The position numbers and the translations under genes are program-made. From Sulfurimonadaceae bacterium (GTDB lineage: Bacteria; Campylobacterota; Campylobacteria; Campylobacterales; Sulfurimonadaceae), in NCBI GenBank assembly GCA_963664885.2, contig CAXXSB010000015.1, positions 169,427 to 233,426 of the forward strand: 64,000 nucleotides of DNA, in the 5' to 3' direction. The notes under the pieces were generated by a model. The model ran no database searches, was not told where the DNA came from, and worked only from the letters and a program-made list of their open reading frames with translations. Shown here piece after piece: positions 37,312-47,151 of this stretch; position 1 is the first letter of the stretch, and every line of letters begins with the position of its first letter.

Positions 37312-38327
37312 TGCACGATTCTCTCAAGGTCTTGGATCATCAAATCAGCCACGTTGTGGGTGTTGAGTGCCAAAAGCCCTTTGCTTTTAAGTTCCAAAGA
37401 TTCGCCCAGCAGGGCAAGGAGAATCGAGTAGAGATTTTCGCTCTCGCGGTGGCACCATCCGAGGTTATTCTCTACGATAAATTTTGCATTATGGTACTGA
37501 TGATCCCCCGCGGCATAGGGATAGGGGACGTAAAGGGCGGGAAGCCCGTTGGCGCAAAGCTCCCAAAGGGTGCTTGCACCCGCGCGGCTTATCGCCAGAT
37601 CGGCACGGGTGATGAGTCGGTAAAGCTCTTTGGTAAAGCCGTAAAGCTCCGCTTCGACTCCGAGAGACTCATACGCCTCTTTGACCCTTTCAAAATCGTT
37701 CTCGCCGCATTGGTGGATGATGGTTATCCCCTTTTTTTGGAGTTCGGGCGCTGTGCGCAGGGCGAGATCGTTGATCGCTTTTGCCCCTTGGCTCCCCCCT
37801 AGAAAAATGACGGTTCTCACGTTTTTGCGTATGCGCGAATGACCGCTAAAGAGCTGTTTGACGGGATAACCGCGAATGGGAGAGTCTGCATCGTAGGCGG
37901 AGATAAAGCGTTTGGCAAAAGGTTTTAAAAGAGCGTTGAGGCGCCCCGTGATCGCATTTTGTTCGTGGATAAAAAGAGGCAGTCCCAAAGAGATCGCGGC
38001 AAACGACGCGGGAGCCGCAGAGAAGCCGCCGACGCTGTAAAGCGCTTGAATCTTGTGTTTGCGCAAGAGGGTACGGGCGGTGAAAAAGGCTTTGAAAATA
38101 CCCCAAAGCGCCCCTATTTTACCGAACCCTTTTTTGTTGACTACCCCGCTTGTGGGGAGAAAATAGACGTGGGAAAATTTGCTGTTTTCTTTAAAATATT
38201 TTTGGTCTTGACCGCTTGTAGAGCCGATAAAGATCACTTCGTGTTTGCGCATCGCAGCAGCTTGCACGAGTGCCTCGGCGATCATAAGATGCCCCCCAGT
38301 GCCGCCGCCCGTTATACATAATCTCAT
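37308..38327 (-). CDS. murG: Lipid II N-acetylglucosaminyltransferase MurG (UDP-GlcNAc-dependent)
   Basis: GGTGGH N-terminal motif, and a C-terminal GASTLWE-type block. Overlaps ftsW by 4 nt. Confidence 0.9.
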   Translation of the reverse strand: MRLCITGGGTGGHLMIAEALVQAAAMRKHEVIFIGSTSGQDQKYFKENSKFSHVYFLPTSGVVNKKGFGKIGALWGIFKAFFTARTLLRKHKIQALYSVGGFSAAPASFAAISLGLPLFIHEQNAITGRLNALLKPFAKRFISAYDADSPIRGYPVKQLFSGHSRIRKNVRTVIFLGGSQGAKAINDLALRTAPELQKKGITIIHQCGENDFERVKEAYESLGVEAELYGFTKELYRLITRADLAISRAGASTLWELCANGLPALYVPYPYAAGDHQYHNAKFIVENNLGWCHRESENLYSILLALLGESLELKSKGLLALNTHNVADLMIQDLERIVQ

Positions 38328-39508
38328 TTTTTCTCTTTCTCCGTTGCTTTCATATTTACTTTTTTCGATGCCATTAAGATCATCCCTATCCCTATCGATG
38401 CCGCCAAAATGGCAGAACCTCCGTAACTTAAAAAGGGTACCGAGATCCCTTTGATGGGGGTGATACCGCTGATGCCGTAAGCGTTGACCAAAAAGGCGAA
38501 CGAGAGCATCAGCCCGATGCCGAGGCTAAAGAGGTAGATGGTGCTCTCTTCGGTTCGGTTGGCGATTTTAAAGATGCGCTGAAGCATCCACATAAAAATA
38601 ATCACGACGGTCACAACGCCCATAAACCCGAACTCTTCGGCAAGTCCCGCCAAAATGAAGTCGGTATGCACCTCGCTTAAAAATCCAAGCTTAAAGGTAC
38701 CGTTCGCTACGCCCGTGCCGAAAATGCCGCCGTTGTGGATGGCGTTGAGGGAGTGTCCGATCTGGTAGGGTTCCACTTCGGTGGGGACGCGCAGCTGTGC
38801 GGCGATGGAATCGGGAAACATTGCCAAAACGGTGTTTTGTGCGATTGCCCACCACGATTTGATCCGCAAAATCCTATGGTCGGCGGTGAGAATGAACAAG
38901 ATAAAAAAGAGAAAGACCGCCATAAGGATCGAGAAGAAAAACTTAAAACTGCTTCCCGCAAAGACAAGCATAAAAATAAGGGTCATCCCTAAAACCACGA
39001 CCTGTCCCAGATCGTTTTGCACAAAAGCGATAATAAACATCGCACCGACAAACACGACTCCATAGGGTGCAAAGCGGATAAACTCCTGTTTGATCCCCAT
39101 CCCGTCGTGATGCCCTAACTTACGTGAAAAGCTCCATGCCAAGAAGTAGATGAACCCTATTTTAAAAAACTCAACGGGAGCGATGGAGAAGCCGACGATT
39201 TTGATCCAGCGTTTGGCACCCCCCACTTCCGTGACCAAAAAATCGGGTAAAAAAGGCATGGCGATCATCAAAAGGGTCGAGACGATTAAGAGGGTAAAGC
39301 CTATCGGCTTGAGCCATTTGTCGGGGTCAAGCTGTGCGATCGCCCAGATGGTTAGGATGCTCAAAAACCCAAATACAGCCTGACGCGAGGCAAAATGAAA
39401 CTGGTTGACGTCAAAAAGAAGCGTCACGTAGGCTGAGAGGGAATAGGAGAGGATGATGCCGATAGTGATAAGGATCGAAACGAGGGTGAAAAGTTTTCTA
39501 TCTGCCAT
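38324..39508 (-). CDS. ftsW: SEDS-family cell-division protein FtsW
   Basis: About 10 TM segments and the PFLSYGGSA C-terminal motif. Lies in an ftsW-murG arrangement. Confidence 0.85.
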   Translation of the reverse strand: MADRKLFTLVSILITIGIILSYSLSAYVTLLFDVNQFHFASRQAVFGFLSILTIWAIAQLDPDKWLKPIGFTLLIVSTLLMIAMPFLPDFLVTEVGGAKRWIKIVGFSIAPVEFFKIGFIYFLAWSFSRKLGHHDGMGIKQEFIRFAPYGVVFVGAMFIIAFVQNDLGQVVVLGMTLIFMLVFAGSSFKFFFSILMAVFLFFILFILTADHRILRIKSWWAIAQNTVLAMFPDSIAAQLRVPTEVEPYQIGHSLNAIHNGGIFGTGVANGTFKLGFLSEVHTDFILAGLAEEFGFMGVVTVVIIFMWMLQRIFKIANRTEESTIYLFSLGIGLMLSFAFLVNAYGISGITPIKGISVPFLSYGGSAILAASIGIGMILMASKKVNMKATEKEKK

Positions 39509-39523
39509 AAGGGTGCTTTTGTC

Positions 39524-40042
39524 TCATTTGATCTTGTTAATTTTGAGCACGAACTCAACTTCGGGCTTGGAGATATGCAGCTCTTTTGAGATCGTCTCGA
39601 GCGAGACCCCTTGTTTGTAAAGGGAGAGTATTTTCTCATCGTCGTTACCGTGGATAGAGGAGGGGATAGATATCTGCTTGACGCCGTTTTCAAGCATGGA
39701 TATGCGCGCATCTATCTGGGTGTTTATGGCATGTATCGCCTCTTTTGCCTGTTTGAGACCGAGCGAGAGAGGGTGCACCATGTCGTAAACGCTGCGTTCA
39801 ATCTCTTGGTATATCTCCTCATCGCTCAAGCTTCGGGTGTTCTCTTGGGTGCTCTGCTGATGTTTGTCGAGCTTTTTTTTGAGGTAGTAGATTTCGCGGT
39901 TGAGATCCTCTACGACCGAAGCGACCGAGTGGATATTGCGGTTGTACTCCGAATCTTTGGTAAATACGTAGTAAAGCAGGTAGAGGATCACCCCCGCCAT
40001 CGCTACGATAATATATTCAAGGGAAAGGTTTTCAAGATTCAT
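39524..40042 (-). CDS. Membrane-anchored coiled-coil protein with a possible C-terminal HTH, function unknown
   Basis: One N-terminal TM segment. The C-terminus LETISKELHISKPEVEFVL is HTH-like. Confidence 0.55.
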   Translation of the reverse strand: MNLENLSLEYIIVAMAGVILYLLYYVFTKDSEYNRNIHSVASVVEDLNREIYYLKKKLDKHQQSTQENTRSLSDEEIYQEIERSVYDMVHPLSLGLKQAKEAIHAINTQIDARISMLENGVKQISIPSSIHGNDDEKILSLYKQGVSLETISKELHISKPEVEFVLKINKIK

Positions 40043-40557
40043 CGGTTCTCTTTTGCTTCGCGGATAAGAACACGCTCGCGTGCGGTGAGGTAGGCGTTCC
40101 AGTCTTTTTCGTCGCGTTCGTGCATTTTAAGAATCTTTGCAAGCCTCGGCGATACGGCTTCGAAAAATACGGGAACGTCCCGCTTGGGGTGGACGGGCAT
40201 TGCTATGCGTCCGTAGTAGGTTTGCTTCTCCTCTAGCACATCATGGGTGAGGTTAAAATATTCAAAACCGATCGACTCGATATGGGCATCGTGGGTGAGG
40301 AGTACCCGCGAGGGGGTTTCGTTTTTGATAAGCGCCTCAAGATTGTCGAGCTTGCGATGGAGTTCTACGAGAAGATTGAGCACCACGGGGTCGGTATCGG
40401 CGGTTTCGCCGCGCGCTTTTGCGAGTTTGAGCCATTGGTTGATCGGGTCGTCGTCTGCGTCGCTGAGCTGATGAAACTCGCGCAGGTAAAGCTCCTCTTC
40501 CAAAGAGGAGAGGCTAAAAGAGACGTCGATGGGAGCCGGTATAAGACGGACGTTCAC
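40039..40557 (-). CDS. Hypothetical protein
   Basis: A 172-aa ORF that overlaps both neighbours by 4 nt (operon context). No motif recognised. Confidence 0.55.
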   Translation of the reverse strand: MNVRLIPAPIDVSFSLSSLEEELYLREFHQLSDADDDPINQWLKLAKARGETADTDPVVLNLLVELHRKLDNLEALIKNETPSRVLLTHDAHIESIGFEYFNLTHDVLEEKQTYYGRIAMPVHPKRDVPVFFEAVSPRLAKILKMHERDEKDWNAYLTARERVLIREAKENR

Positions 40558-41414
40558 GAAAACACCTTTTCAAGGACGATAAGAAAGAAAAAAACGATCC
40601 CGAGATAGCCGTTGACGGTAAAAAAAGCACGGTCGATTTTCGTGAAGTCTTTGCGCACGAGATAGTGTTCGTAGCCAAGCATAACCGCACTGATTATCAC
40701 CGCTAAAAATGCGAAGAATCCAAGTTCCGCACACCATGCAAAAAGTGCCCAAAAGATGACGGTAAGAAGGTGGGAAAACGCCGAAAGAAAAAGGGTGAAA
40801 TCGCTCCCGTAGCGCGAAGGGATAGAGTAGAGATTGTTCTCTTTGTCAAACTCCATATCTTGGAGCGAATAGAGCAGATCAAACCCTGCAACCCAAAAAA
40901 TAACCCCCAAAGAGAGCATCACCGACCACGGGGTGATCGTCTCGCTCACCGCAACCACCCCCGCAATGGGTGCTAGCCCCAAAGAGATTCCGAGGATAAC
41001 GTGAGCGAGAGAGGAGAAGCGTTTGAAATAGGAATATGCCGCCAAAATAAGCAAAATAGGGAAACTAAGAGCGAATGCCAAAGAGTTTATGAGGTAAGCA
41101 ACGATGATAAAAACAAGGGCATTGACCCCGATAAAGATCAAGATACTCGTGCTATCAAGCCTGCCGTCGACATTGGGGCGGTTTTGGGTTCTGGGGTTTT
41201 GGGCATCGATGTCGCGGTCGGCGTAGCGGTTGACCCCCATGGCAAAGTTGCGAGCACTCAGTGCCGCAAAAACTCCCAAGATCAACAGGGCAAATCCGAA
41301 CCACCCGTCCGCCGCGACGATCATGGCGATAAAAATGAAAGGGAGCGAAAAGATCGAGTGTTCAAACATCACGAGTTCGTTGAAATCTTTGATTTTTTGG
41401 ATAGTTCTTTGCAC
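40554..41414 (-). CDS. UbiA-family polyprenyltransferase (MqnP-like, menaquinone/futalosine context inferred)
   Basis: NRYADRDIDAQNPRT (NxxxDxxxD) and a second Asp-rich motif, YSLQDMEFD. 8-9 TM segments. Confidence 0.8.
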   Translation of the reverse strand: MQRTIQKIKDFNELVMFEHSIFSLPFIFIAMIVAADGWFGFALLILGVFAALSARNFAMGVNRYADRDIDAQNPRTQNRPNVDGRLDSTSILIFIGVNALVFIIVAYLINSLAFALSFPILLILAAYSYFKRFSSLAHVILGISLGLAPIAGVVAVSETITPWSVMLSLGVIFWVAGFDLLYSLQDMEFDKENNLYSIPSRYGSDFTLFLSAFSHLLTVIFWALFAWCAELGFFAFLAVIISAVMLGYEHYLVRKDFTKIDRAFFTVNGYLGIVFFFLIVLEKVFS

Positions 41415-41482
41415 CGGAAACCTTCATGAAATAGATGGTGCTTATTCTATCCAAAGTTGGTTTAAAATGGTATAATCTCGCC

Positions 41483-42382
41483 ATGAAACAGCTTGCTATT
41501 ATCGGTCCTACCGCATCGGGGAAAAGCGATCTTGCACTTAGCGTCGCGCAAAAAATCGGTGCTTACATTCTCTCCATAGACTCCCTTTCCATCTACAAAG
41601 AGATCGACATCGTTGCGGCAAAACCCTCTAAAGAGGAGCTTGCTTCGGTACGCCATTTTGGGATAGATGAGCTGTATGCGAACGAATATTTCAGCGTCGA
41701 TATTTTTATCGATCTGTATAAAAAAGTGGTGCGCACATGCCAAGAGGATGGAAAAAACCTCGTAATCGTCGGGGGAACTTCCTTCTATCTTAAATCGCTC
41801 CTTGAGGGGCTCTCACCCTTGCCTTGCATCACCCAAGAGACGCAAAAAGCGGTAGATGCCAAGCTTGCCGATTTAGAAAGAACGTATGTTCACCTCAAAG
41901 AGATCGACCCGCAGACGATGGAGCGTATAGCGCCCAATGACCGCTACCGTATCGAGAAGATGCTGCTTATCTATGAAGCCTCGAAAATGACCCCTAGCGC
42001 ATGGTTTGCCGCGAACCCTCCCAAGCCCGTTATCACCGATCTGCCTATCTATAACATCGACGTGGAGCGTGAACTGCTGCGCGCAAGGATAGAGAAAAGA
42101 ACCCATAAAATGGTTGCGGCGGGCTTGATTGACGAGGTATGCGCTTTGGAGCAAAAGTACACCCGAGAGCCGCATGCCATGGGAGCGATAGGGATCGTGG
42201 AGGTGTTGGAGTTTCTTGATGGCAAAGTGTGTAAAGAGGAGATGATCCAAAATATTATCACCCACACCGCCCAGCTTGCCAAGCGGCAGCAAACCTTTAA
42301 CAAAACGCAGTTTGAGGGTGTCGTTTCTTTGCCGCTAGAGGCTTTAGAGAAAAGAATTTTAGAAGATTTAGGAGCTTCGTAA
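41483..42382 (+). CDS. miaA: tRNA dimethylallyltransferase MiaA
   Basis: IIGPTASGKS P-loop directly after the start. TGGTATAAT sits just upstream, so the ATG at 41435 remains an alternative start. Confidence 0.88.
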   Translation: MKQLAIIGPTASGKSDLALSVAQKIGAYILSIDSLSIYKEIDIVAAKPSKEELASVRHFGIDELYANEYFSVDIFIDLYKKVVRTCQEDGKNLVIVGGTSFYLKSLLEGLSPLPCITQETQKAVDAKLADLERTYVHLKEIDPQTMERIAPNDRYRIEKMLLIYEASKMTPSAWFAANPPKPVITDLPIYNIDVERELLRARIEKRTHKMVAAGLIDEVCALEQKYTREPHAMGAIGIVEVLEFLDGKVCKEEMIQNIITHTAQLAKRQQTFNKTQFEGVVSLPLEALEKRILEDLGAS

Positions 42383-42431
42383 CACGGCTTTTAAGCCGTA
42401 TCGAGTGCTTTTACGGGCTAAACCGTGTTAC
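42379..42431. repeat. Inverted pair of GTAACAC-hairpin elements
   Basis: gtaacacggcttttaagccgt (42379-42399) and acgggctaaaccgtgttac (42413-42431, imperfect stem). Confidence 0.7.
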
Positions 42432-42442
42432 TATGCAAAAAT

Positions 42443-44230
42443 TTACACCAACTGTCTTTTTATAAACTCCCTGTAATGCCCCTCTTTCTCCTCTAACTCT
42501 TCATGGGTTCCGTGCTGCACGATGCTTCCGTTTTCAAGCACATAGATCATGTCGGCATTTTTTACGGTGCTCAGACGGTGGGCGATGGTGATGACGGTTT
42601 TATGTTCTAAAACCGCTTCAAGCGCGTTTTGCAGAGCCACTTCGGTATGCACGTCAAGCGCGGAGGTGGATTCGTCAAAGATCACCACGCTAGGGTCGGC
42701 GATAAGCATACGGGCGATGCTGATACGCTGGCGTTGTCCCCCCGAGAGGCGGATGCCGTGGCGCCCTACGATCGTGTCAAGCCCTTTTGGCATGGCGGCG
42801 ATCATCTCGGCGAGTTGCGCCATGTGGAGCGCTTTGTGGATGCGGGCATCGTCGATGGAGCTATCCCCCATCGTGATGTTAAAACGCAGCGAGGCGTTAA
42901 ATAAAATAGGCATCTGCAACACGAGAAAAACCTTCTCGCGAAGGGAACGTTTGTTTAGCTCCTCAATCGCGATACCGTTATAGGCAAGAGCGCCCCCCTC
43001 TTTTTCGTAAAACCCCGCAAGCACTTGGGCAAGGGTCGTTTTACCGCTGCCGCTGGCACCGATGAGGGCGATCTTGGCATGTGCGGGGACGGTGAGGGAG
43101 ATGTTTTTGAGTATCGGTTTTTCGGGGTTGTAGGAGAAGGAGAGGTTTTTTGCTTCGATAGTTACCTCTTGACCCTCGAGGGCAAGGGTGCCGCTTCGTT
43201 CGGTTTGAAGCGAGAGGATTTTATTGAGTCTCTCTATCGCCGCTTTCGCCGAAGCGTAGGAGTATTGCATCGAGAGGATATCCTGTACGGGGGTCATAAT
43301 AAACCAGATGTAGCCAAACATCGCAAACATCATCCCGATGCTAAGATCGCTGTAAGCTACGAGTAAAAGCCCTCCCGCGCGCAAAAGCTCGAAAAAGATT
43401 AAAAAAACGGTGTAGGAGAGGCGTTCGTACGCGACGCTTTTATAGCCGTAGGCGTTGGATGTTTTTTGGATCGCGTCTGCCTTTTGGAGCGCCTGAGAGA
43501 AAAAATACCCCTCTTTGTTGCTTGCTTTGATCTGCCCAAAAAGCTCCAAGGTCTCTCCGACGTTTTCTTGAAACTCCTCTATGGCACGGTTTTCCTCTTT
43601 TTTGAGCGCCCCTACGCGGCGCGACATCTTTTTGCTCATAAACATGATAAGGGGTTGGATAAGCAAGATAGAGAGCCCGAGGATAGGATCCATCGCGATC
43701 ATCACGATCCCCACCGCCAAGAGGGTCAAAACCGAAGAGACGAATTTACTGCTGCTTGATAGCAGAAAATTATCGAGGGTGTTGACGTCGGTGATAAGGT
43801 TGGAGGTGATCGCGCCGCTGCCGAGCACTTCATACTCGTTCATCGATGCAATACGCAGATGTTCTAGGAGGCTTTGGCGTATTTTGAAAGTGACGTATTT
43901 GGAGAGACGGGTAAAAATCTTTGTCGTCACCACCCCCAAAAGGTAGTATAAAAACCGCAGAGCAACCACGCCCAGCGTCACCCATGCTATATAATAAAAC
44001 GCGCTAGTGCTCCCGAAAAATGCGTCTATGGAGCTAACGAAAAACGCGGGTTTGTCCAAAAGCACTTCATCGACTAAAAGGGGGAGCATCAAAGGGACGG
44101 GGATCGAAACCAAAATCGCCGCGAGGGTAAGAAGTTGACCGTAAAACAACGCGGGCTTATCGTGAAGCAGAAGGGTAAAAAGGGTTTTGAAGGTTATCTT
44201 TTGCATCGTTTTTTTCCTTGGCATGTACAA
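42443..44230 (-). CDS. ABC transporter, fused permease/ATPase (MsbA-like exporter)
   Basis: Six TM segments, Walker A GASGSGKT, signature LSGGQRQR and Walker B VVIFDE. The start may instead be the internal MQKITFK (44206). Confidence 0.85.
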   Translation of the reverse strand: MYMPRKKTMQKITFKTLFTLLLHDKPALFYGQLLTLAAILVSIPVPLMLPLLVDEVLLDKPAFFVSSIDAFFGSTSAFYYIAWVTLGVVALRFLYYLLGVVTTKIFTRLSKYVTFKIRQSLLEHLRIASMNEYEVLGSGAITSNLITDVNTLDNFLLSSSSKFVSSVLTLLAVGIVMIAMDPILGLSILLIQPLIMFMSKKMSRRVGALKKEENRAIEEFQENVGETLELFGQIKASNKEGYFFSQALQKADAIQKTSNAYGYKSVAYERLSYTVFLIFFELLRAGGLLLVAYSDLSIGMMFAMFGYIWFIMTPVQDILSMQYSYASAKAAIERLNKILSLQTERSGTLALEGQEVTIEAKNLSFSYNPEKPILKNISLTVPAHAKIALIGASGSGKTTLAQVLAGFYEKEGGALAYNGIAIEELNKRSLREKVFLVLQMPILFNASLRFNITMGDSSIDDARIHKALHMAQLAEMIAAMPKGLDTIVGRHGIRLSGGQRQRISIARMLIADPSVVIFDESTSALDVHTEVALQNALEAVLEHKTVITIAHRLSTVKNADMIYVLENGSIVQHGTHEELEEKEGHYREFIKRQLV

Positions 44231-44252
44231 ACTCTTTGGTACATGCCAAAGA
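44216..44252. repeat. Hairpin ttggcatgtac-(10 nt)-gtacatgccaa made of two inverted 8-mer copies
   Basis: 11-bp perfect stem (44218-44228 / 44239-44249) between the gltX stop and the ABC gene start. Confidence 0.8.
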
Positions 44253-44257
44253 GTTCT

Positions 44258-45646
44258 TTAGCAGTTTGCGCGAAGCGCGTTTTCTATCCGTTTGAGGGTC
44301 TCCTCTTTGCCGATGATCGCCATCACGCTATCAAGCCCCGGACCGCTGAGTTTTCCTAAAAGTGCCACACGAAGAGGCTGCCCAATCTTCCCAAAACCGA
44401 TTTGCATCTCTTGGACGGTTGCATCCATGAGCGCGTGGTAATCGCTTGGAAGATGGAGTTCGGAACAATTTTGCACCTTTGAGGCAAAGTTTTCTAAAAT
44501 CGCTTTCGAATCCTCTTTAAACGCTTTTTTTACATCTTTTTCTTCATAAACACTCGGCGTCTCGAGCATCTCTTTCACAAGTTCCGCCATCTCTTTAAGG
44601 GTTTTGGCGCGCTCTTTGAGAGCATCGAGCAAAATCTCTTTTTTATCGTGCGAGGTGAGCACCAAACCGTAATCGCCCAAAAGGTGTGCCAGCTCTTCGT
44701 TTGGCATGTTCTTGATATAGTGCGCACTGAGCCAGTCGAGTTTTTGGGTGTTGTAGATCGAGGCGGATTTATTGATATCTTTTGGGTTGAAAAGTTCGAT
44801 CATCTCCGCCATAGAAAATATCTCCTGATCGCCGTAGCTCCACCCTAGGCGCACCAAAAAGTTTAAAAGCGCCTCGGGGGTGTAACCCATCTCCTTATAC
44901 GCCATAACATCGGTCGCACCGTCGCGTTTGGAGAGTTTTTTCCCCTCGGCGTTGTGGATCATCGGCACGTGGTAAAACTTGGGCACGGCAAACCCCAACG
45001 CCTCGTACACCACCATCTGTTTTGGCGTGTTGGAGAGGTGATCATCCCCGCGGATAACGTCGGTAACCCCCATAAGCGCATCGTCCACCGCTACGACGAA
45101 GTTGTAGGTAGGGCTTCCATCGGCGCGCGCGATAATAAAATCATCGAGGATATCCTCGGCTCTAAATACGACATCCCCTTTGACCCCGTCTTGTACCGTG
45201 ATAGTACCGCTTTGGGGCGCTTTGATGCGCACTACGGGGGCAATGCCCTCAGGCGGCGTGCCGTTAAAATCACGATAGCGCCCGTCATACATGGCGCGCT
45301 GTTTTGCCGCGGTCTGCTCTTCGCGCAGAGCGTCAAGCTCCTCTTTGCTCATGTAGCAGTAGTAAGCTTTGCCCGCATCGAGCAGTTGTTTGATATAGAC
45401 GGCATACACATTGTCGCGTTGCGATTGGTAGGTGATCTCGCCATCGTGCGCTAGACCCAGCCACGAAAACGCGTTAACGATCGCCTCGGCGGCTTCTTGA
45501 GAGTTTCTAGCTTTGTCGGTATCTTCTATACGCAGAAGAAATTTTCCGTTATTTTTTTTTGCCCAAAGGTAAGAAAAGAGTGCAGTTCGCAAACCGCCGA
45601 TATGTAAATACCCCGTAGGGCTCGGAGCAAATCGAGTAACGATCAT
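44258..45646 (-). CDS. gltX: Glutamate--tRNA ligase
   Basis: RFAPSPTGYLHIGG (HIGH) and KLSKR (KMSKS) motifs. Confidence 0.95.
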   Translation of the reverse strand: MIVTRFAPSPTGYLHIGGLRTALFSYLWAKKNNGKFLLRIEDTDKARNSQEAAEAIVNAFSWLGLAHDGEITYQSQRDNVYAVYIKQLLDAGKAYYCYMSKEELDALREEQTAAKQRAMYDGRYRDFNGTPPEGIAPVVRIKAPQSGTITVQDGVKGDVVFRAEDILDDFIIARADGSPTYNFVVAVDDALMGVTDVIRGDDHLSNTPKQMVVYEALGFAVPKFYHVPMIHNAEGKKLSKRDGATDVMAYKEMGYTPEALLNFLVRLGWSYGDQEIFSMAEMIELFNPKDINKSASIYNTQKLDWLSAHYIKNMPNEELAHLLGDYGLVLTSHDKKEILLDALKERAKTLKEMAELVKEMLETPSVYEEKDVKKAFKEDSKAILENFASKVQNCSELHLPSDYHALMDATVQEMQIGFGKIGQPLRVALLGKLSGPGLDSVMAIIGKEETLKRIENALRANC

Positions 45647-45744
45647 AAGAAAAACCTTTTCGTTGAATAATGACGCAATTTTAGGCTACTCTTTGTTAAA
45701 AGCGGGTAAAATCATTTTCAAATTTTTTTAAAAAACGGATAGTT

Positions 45745-46581
45745 ATGGTGCGAATATTTTTACCGATTTTATTGAGCGTTTCCCTCTTTGCAGAGATGAT
45801 CGAAGGGATAGCCGTCGTCGTCAAGGGGGAGCCTATCACTCTTTATGACGTAAAAAAAGAGATGGCACTTGCAAAAACGGATGCAAAAAGAGCATCCGAC
45901 ATGCTCATTAGAAAAAAGCTTGAAGAGCTTGAGATCCAAGAGAGAAAAATCAACGTCACCCCTACCGAGGTGTATGAAGAGATCAAACTAACCGCGGCGC
46001 GCAACAATCTCAGCGTCGATGAGTTTTATGCCGCGGTAAGAGAAACAAACGGACTCAGTTCAAGCGAGCTAAAAGAGAAGATGCGCGAGCGCCTTTTGTC
46101 CCAAAAGCTATATCAGTCGATCGCATATGCGTCGATGTCGCAGCCAAGCGATAGCGAGATAGAGGAGTACTACCGACTCAACAAAGAGAAATTTTTGCTC
46201 CCCAGCGGTTTTAAGGTGATGATTTACGGCGCCCAAAGCCAAGAGCGGCTTCAAGAGAAGATCGCCAACCCGATGCTCTATGCTCCCGACGTATTGACAA
46301 ACGAGCAAGAACTTCCTTACGATCGCATCTCACCCGAATTGGCATCCCTTTTGGCAAAAACGCCGCCGCAAAGTTTTACCCCGGTTATTCCAGACGGTAA
46401 AGGGGGATTTATGAGTTTTTATCTCCAAGAGGTGCTTCAAGCCAAAGAGACGTCGTTCGAGATGCAAAAAGATGCGATCGTAAACGCGCTTATGGCGGAA
46501 AAACGGGAGCAGATACTCGGGGATTATTTTGAAAAATTGCGCCACAATGCCGAGATCGTCCTTGTAAGACTTCCCGAATAA
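45745..46581 (+). CDS. SurA-like periplasmic chaperone / PPIase-family protein
   Basis: Signal peptide, and SurA N-domain-like helical repeats. No clear parvulin motif was seen. Confidence 0.6.
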   Translation: MVRIFLPILLSVSLFAEMIEGIAVVVKGEPITLYDVKKEMALAKTDAKRASDMLIRKKLEELEIQERKINVTPTEVYEEIKLTAARNNLSVDEFYAAVRETNGLSSSELKEKMRERLLSQKLYQSIAYASMSQPSDSEIEEYYRLNKEKFLLPSGFKVMIYGAQSQERLQEKIANPMLYAPDVLTNEQELPYDRISPELASLLAKTPPQSFTPVIPDGKGGFMSFYLQEVLQAKETSFEMQKDAIVNALMAEKREQILGDYFEKLRHNAEIVLVRLPE

Positions 46582-46656
46582 GTTCGAGACGACTCTCATA
46601 TAAACTTTAAGATAAATTGGGGTATCATTTACTTTATATTGCCTAAAGGAAAAGAG

Positions 46657-47046
46657 ATGAAAAAACTTGTATTTAGTTTGAGTGTTTTAGCCGTTCTCGG
46701 ATTGCAAGCGACTGATATCAATACAAATATGCAAACGATGAGAGACGGTCTTTTGGAGATTCAAGACGGGTTTTTGTATAACAATAAAGAAGCCGTAGTA
46801 GCAGGGATCAAAAAGATCGAAAAAGCAAACGAGATTTTTCACAGCAAAGAAGCGGTAGAAAAGTATCTTCCTAAAGAGAAGAAAAAAATGGCTGGCGTAA
46901 CGCTTTTGAGCGCAAAAAGATTAAACTCCGATTTAGAAGCTATGCATGCTTATATCAATGATGGCAAAATGCTTGAAGCAGCAGAGATCCATTCGGACGT
47001 TATGAAAGACTGTACTCGCTGTCATGCAATCGTAAGAGGTTGGTAA
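46657..47046 (+). CDS. Class II (four-helix-bundle, cytochrome c'-like) c-type cytochrome
   Basis: Signal peptide, about 110 helical residues and a single C-terminal CTRCH haem-binding motif. Confidence 0.6.
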   Translation: MKKLVFSLSVLAVLGLQATDINTNMQTMRDGLLEIQDGFLYNNKEAVVAGIKKIEKANEIFHSKEAVEKYLPKEKKKMAGVTLLSAKRLNSDLEAMHAYINDGKMLEAAEIHSDVMKDCTRCHAIVRGW

Positions 47047-47064
47047 AAAGAGTTTAGAAAAGAG

Positions 47065-47096
47065 TCGCCGCAAAGTTTTGCGGGCGGCTTTTTTTG
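47065..47096 (+). terminator. Rho-independent terminator after the cytochrome gene
   Basis: GC-rich stem gtcgccgc...gcgggcggc followed by TTTTTTT. Confidence 0.7.
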
Positions 47097-47151
47097 TTAG
47101 AATTTTTTATAGCATAGCTATAAAAGAGGTGTTCCACGACACAAGGCTTTC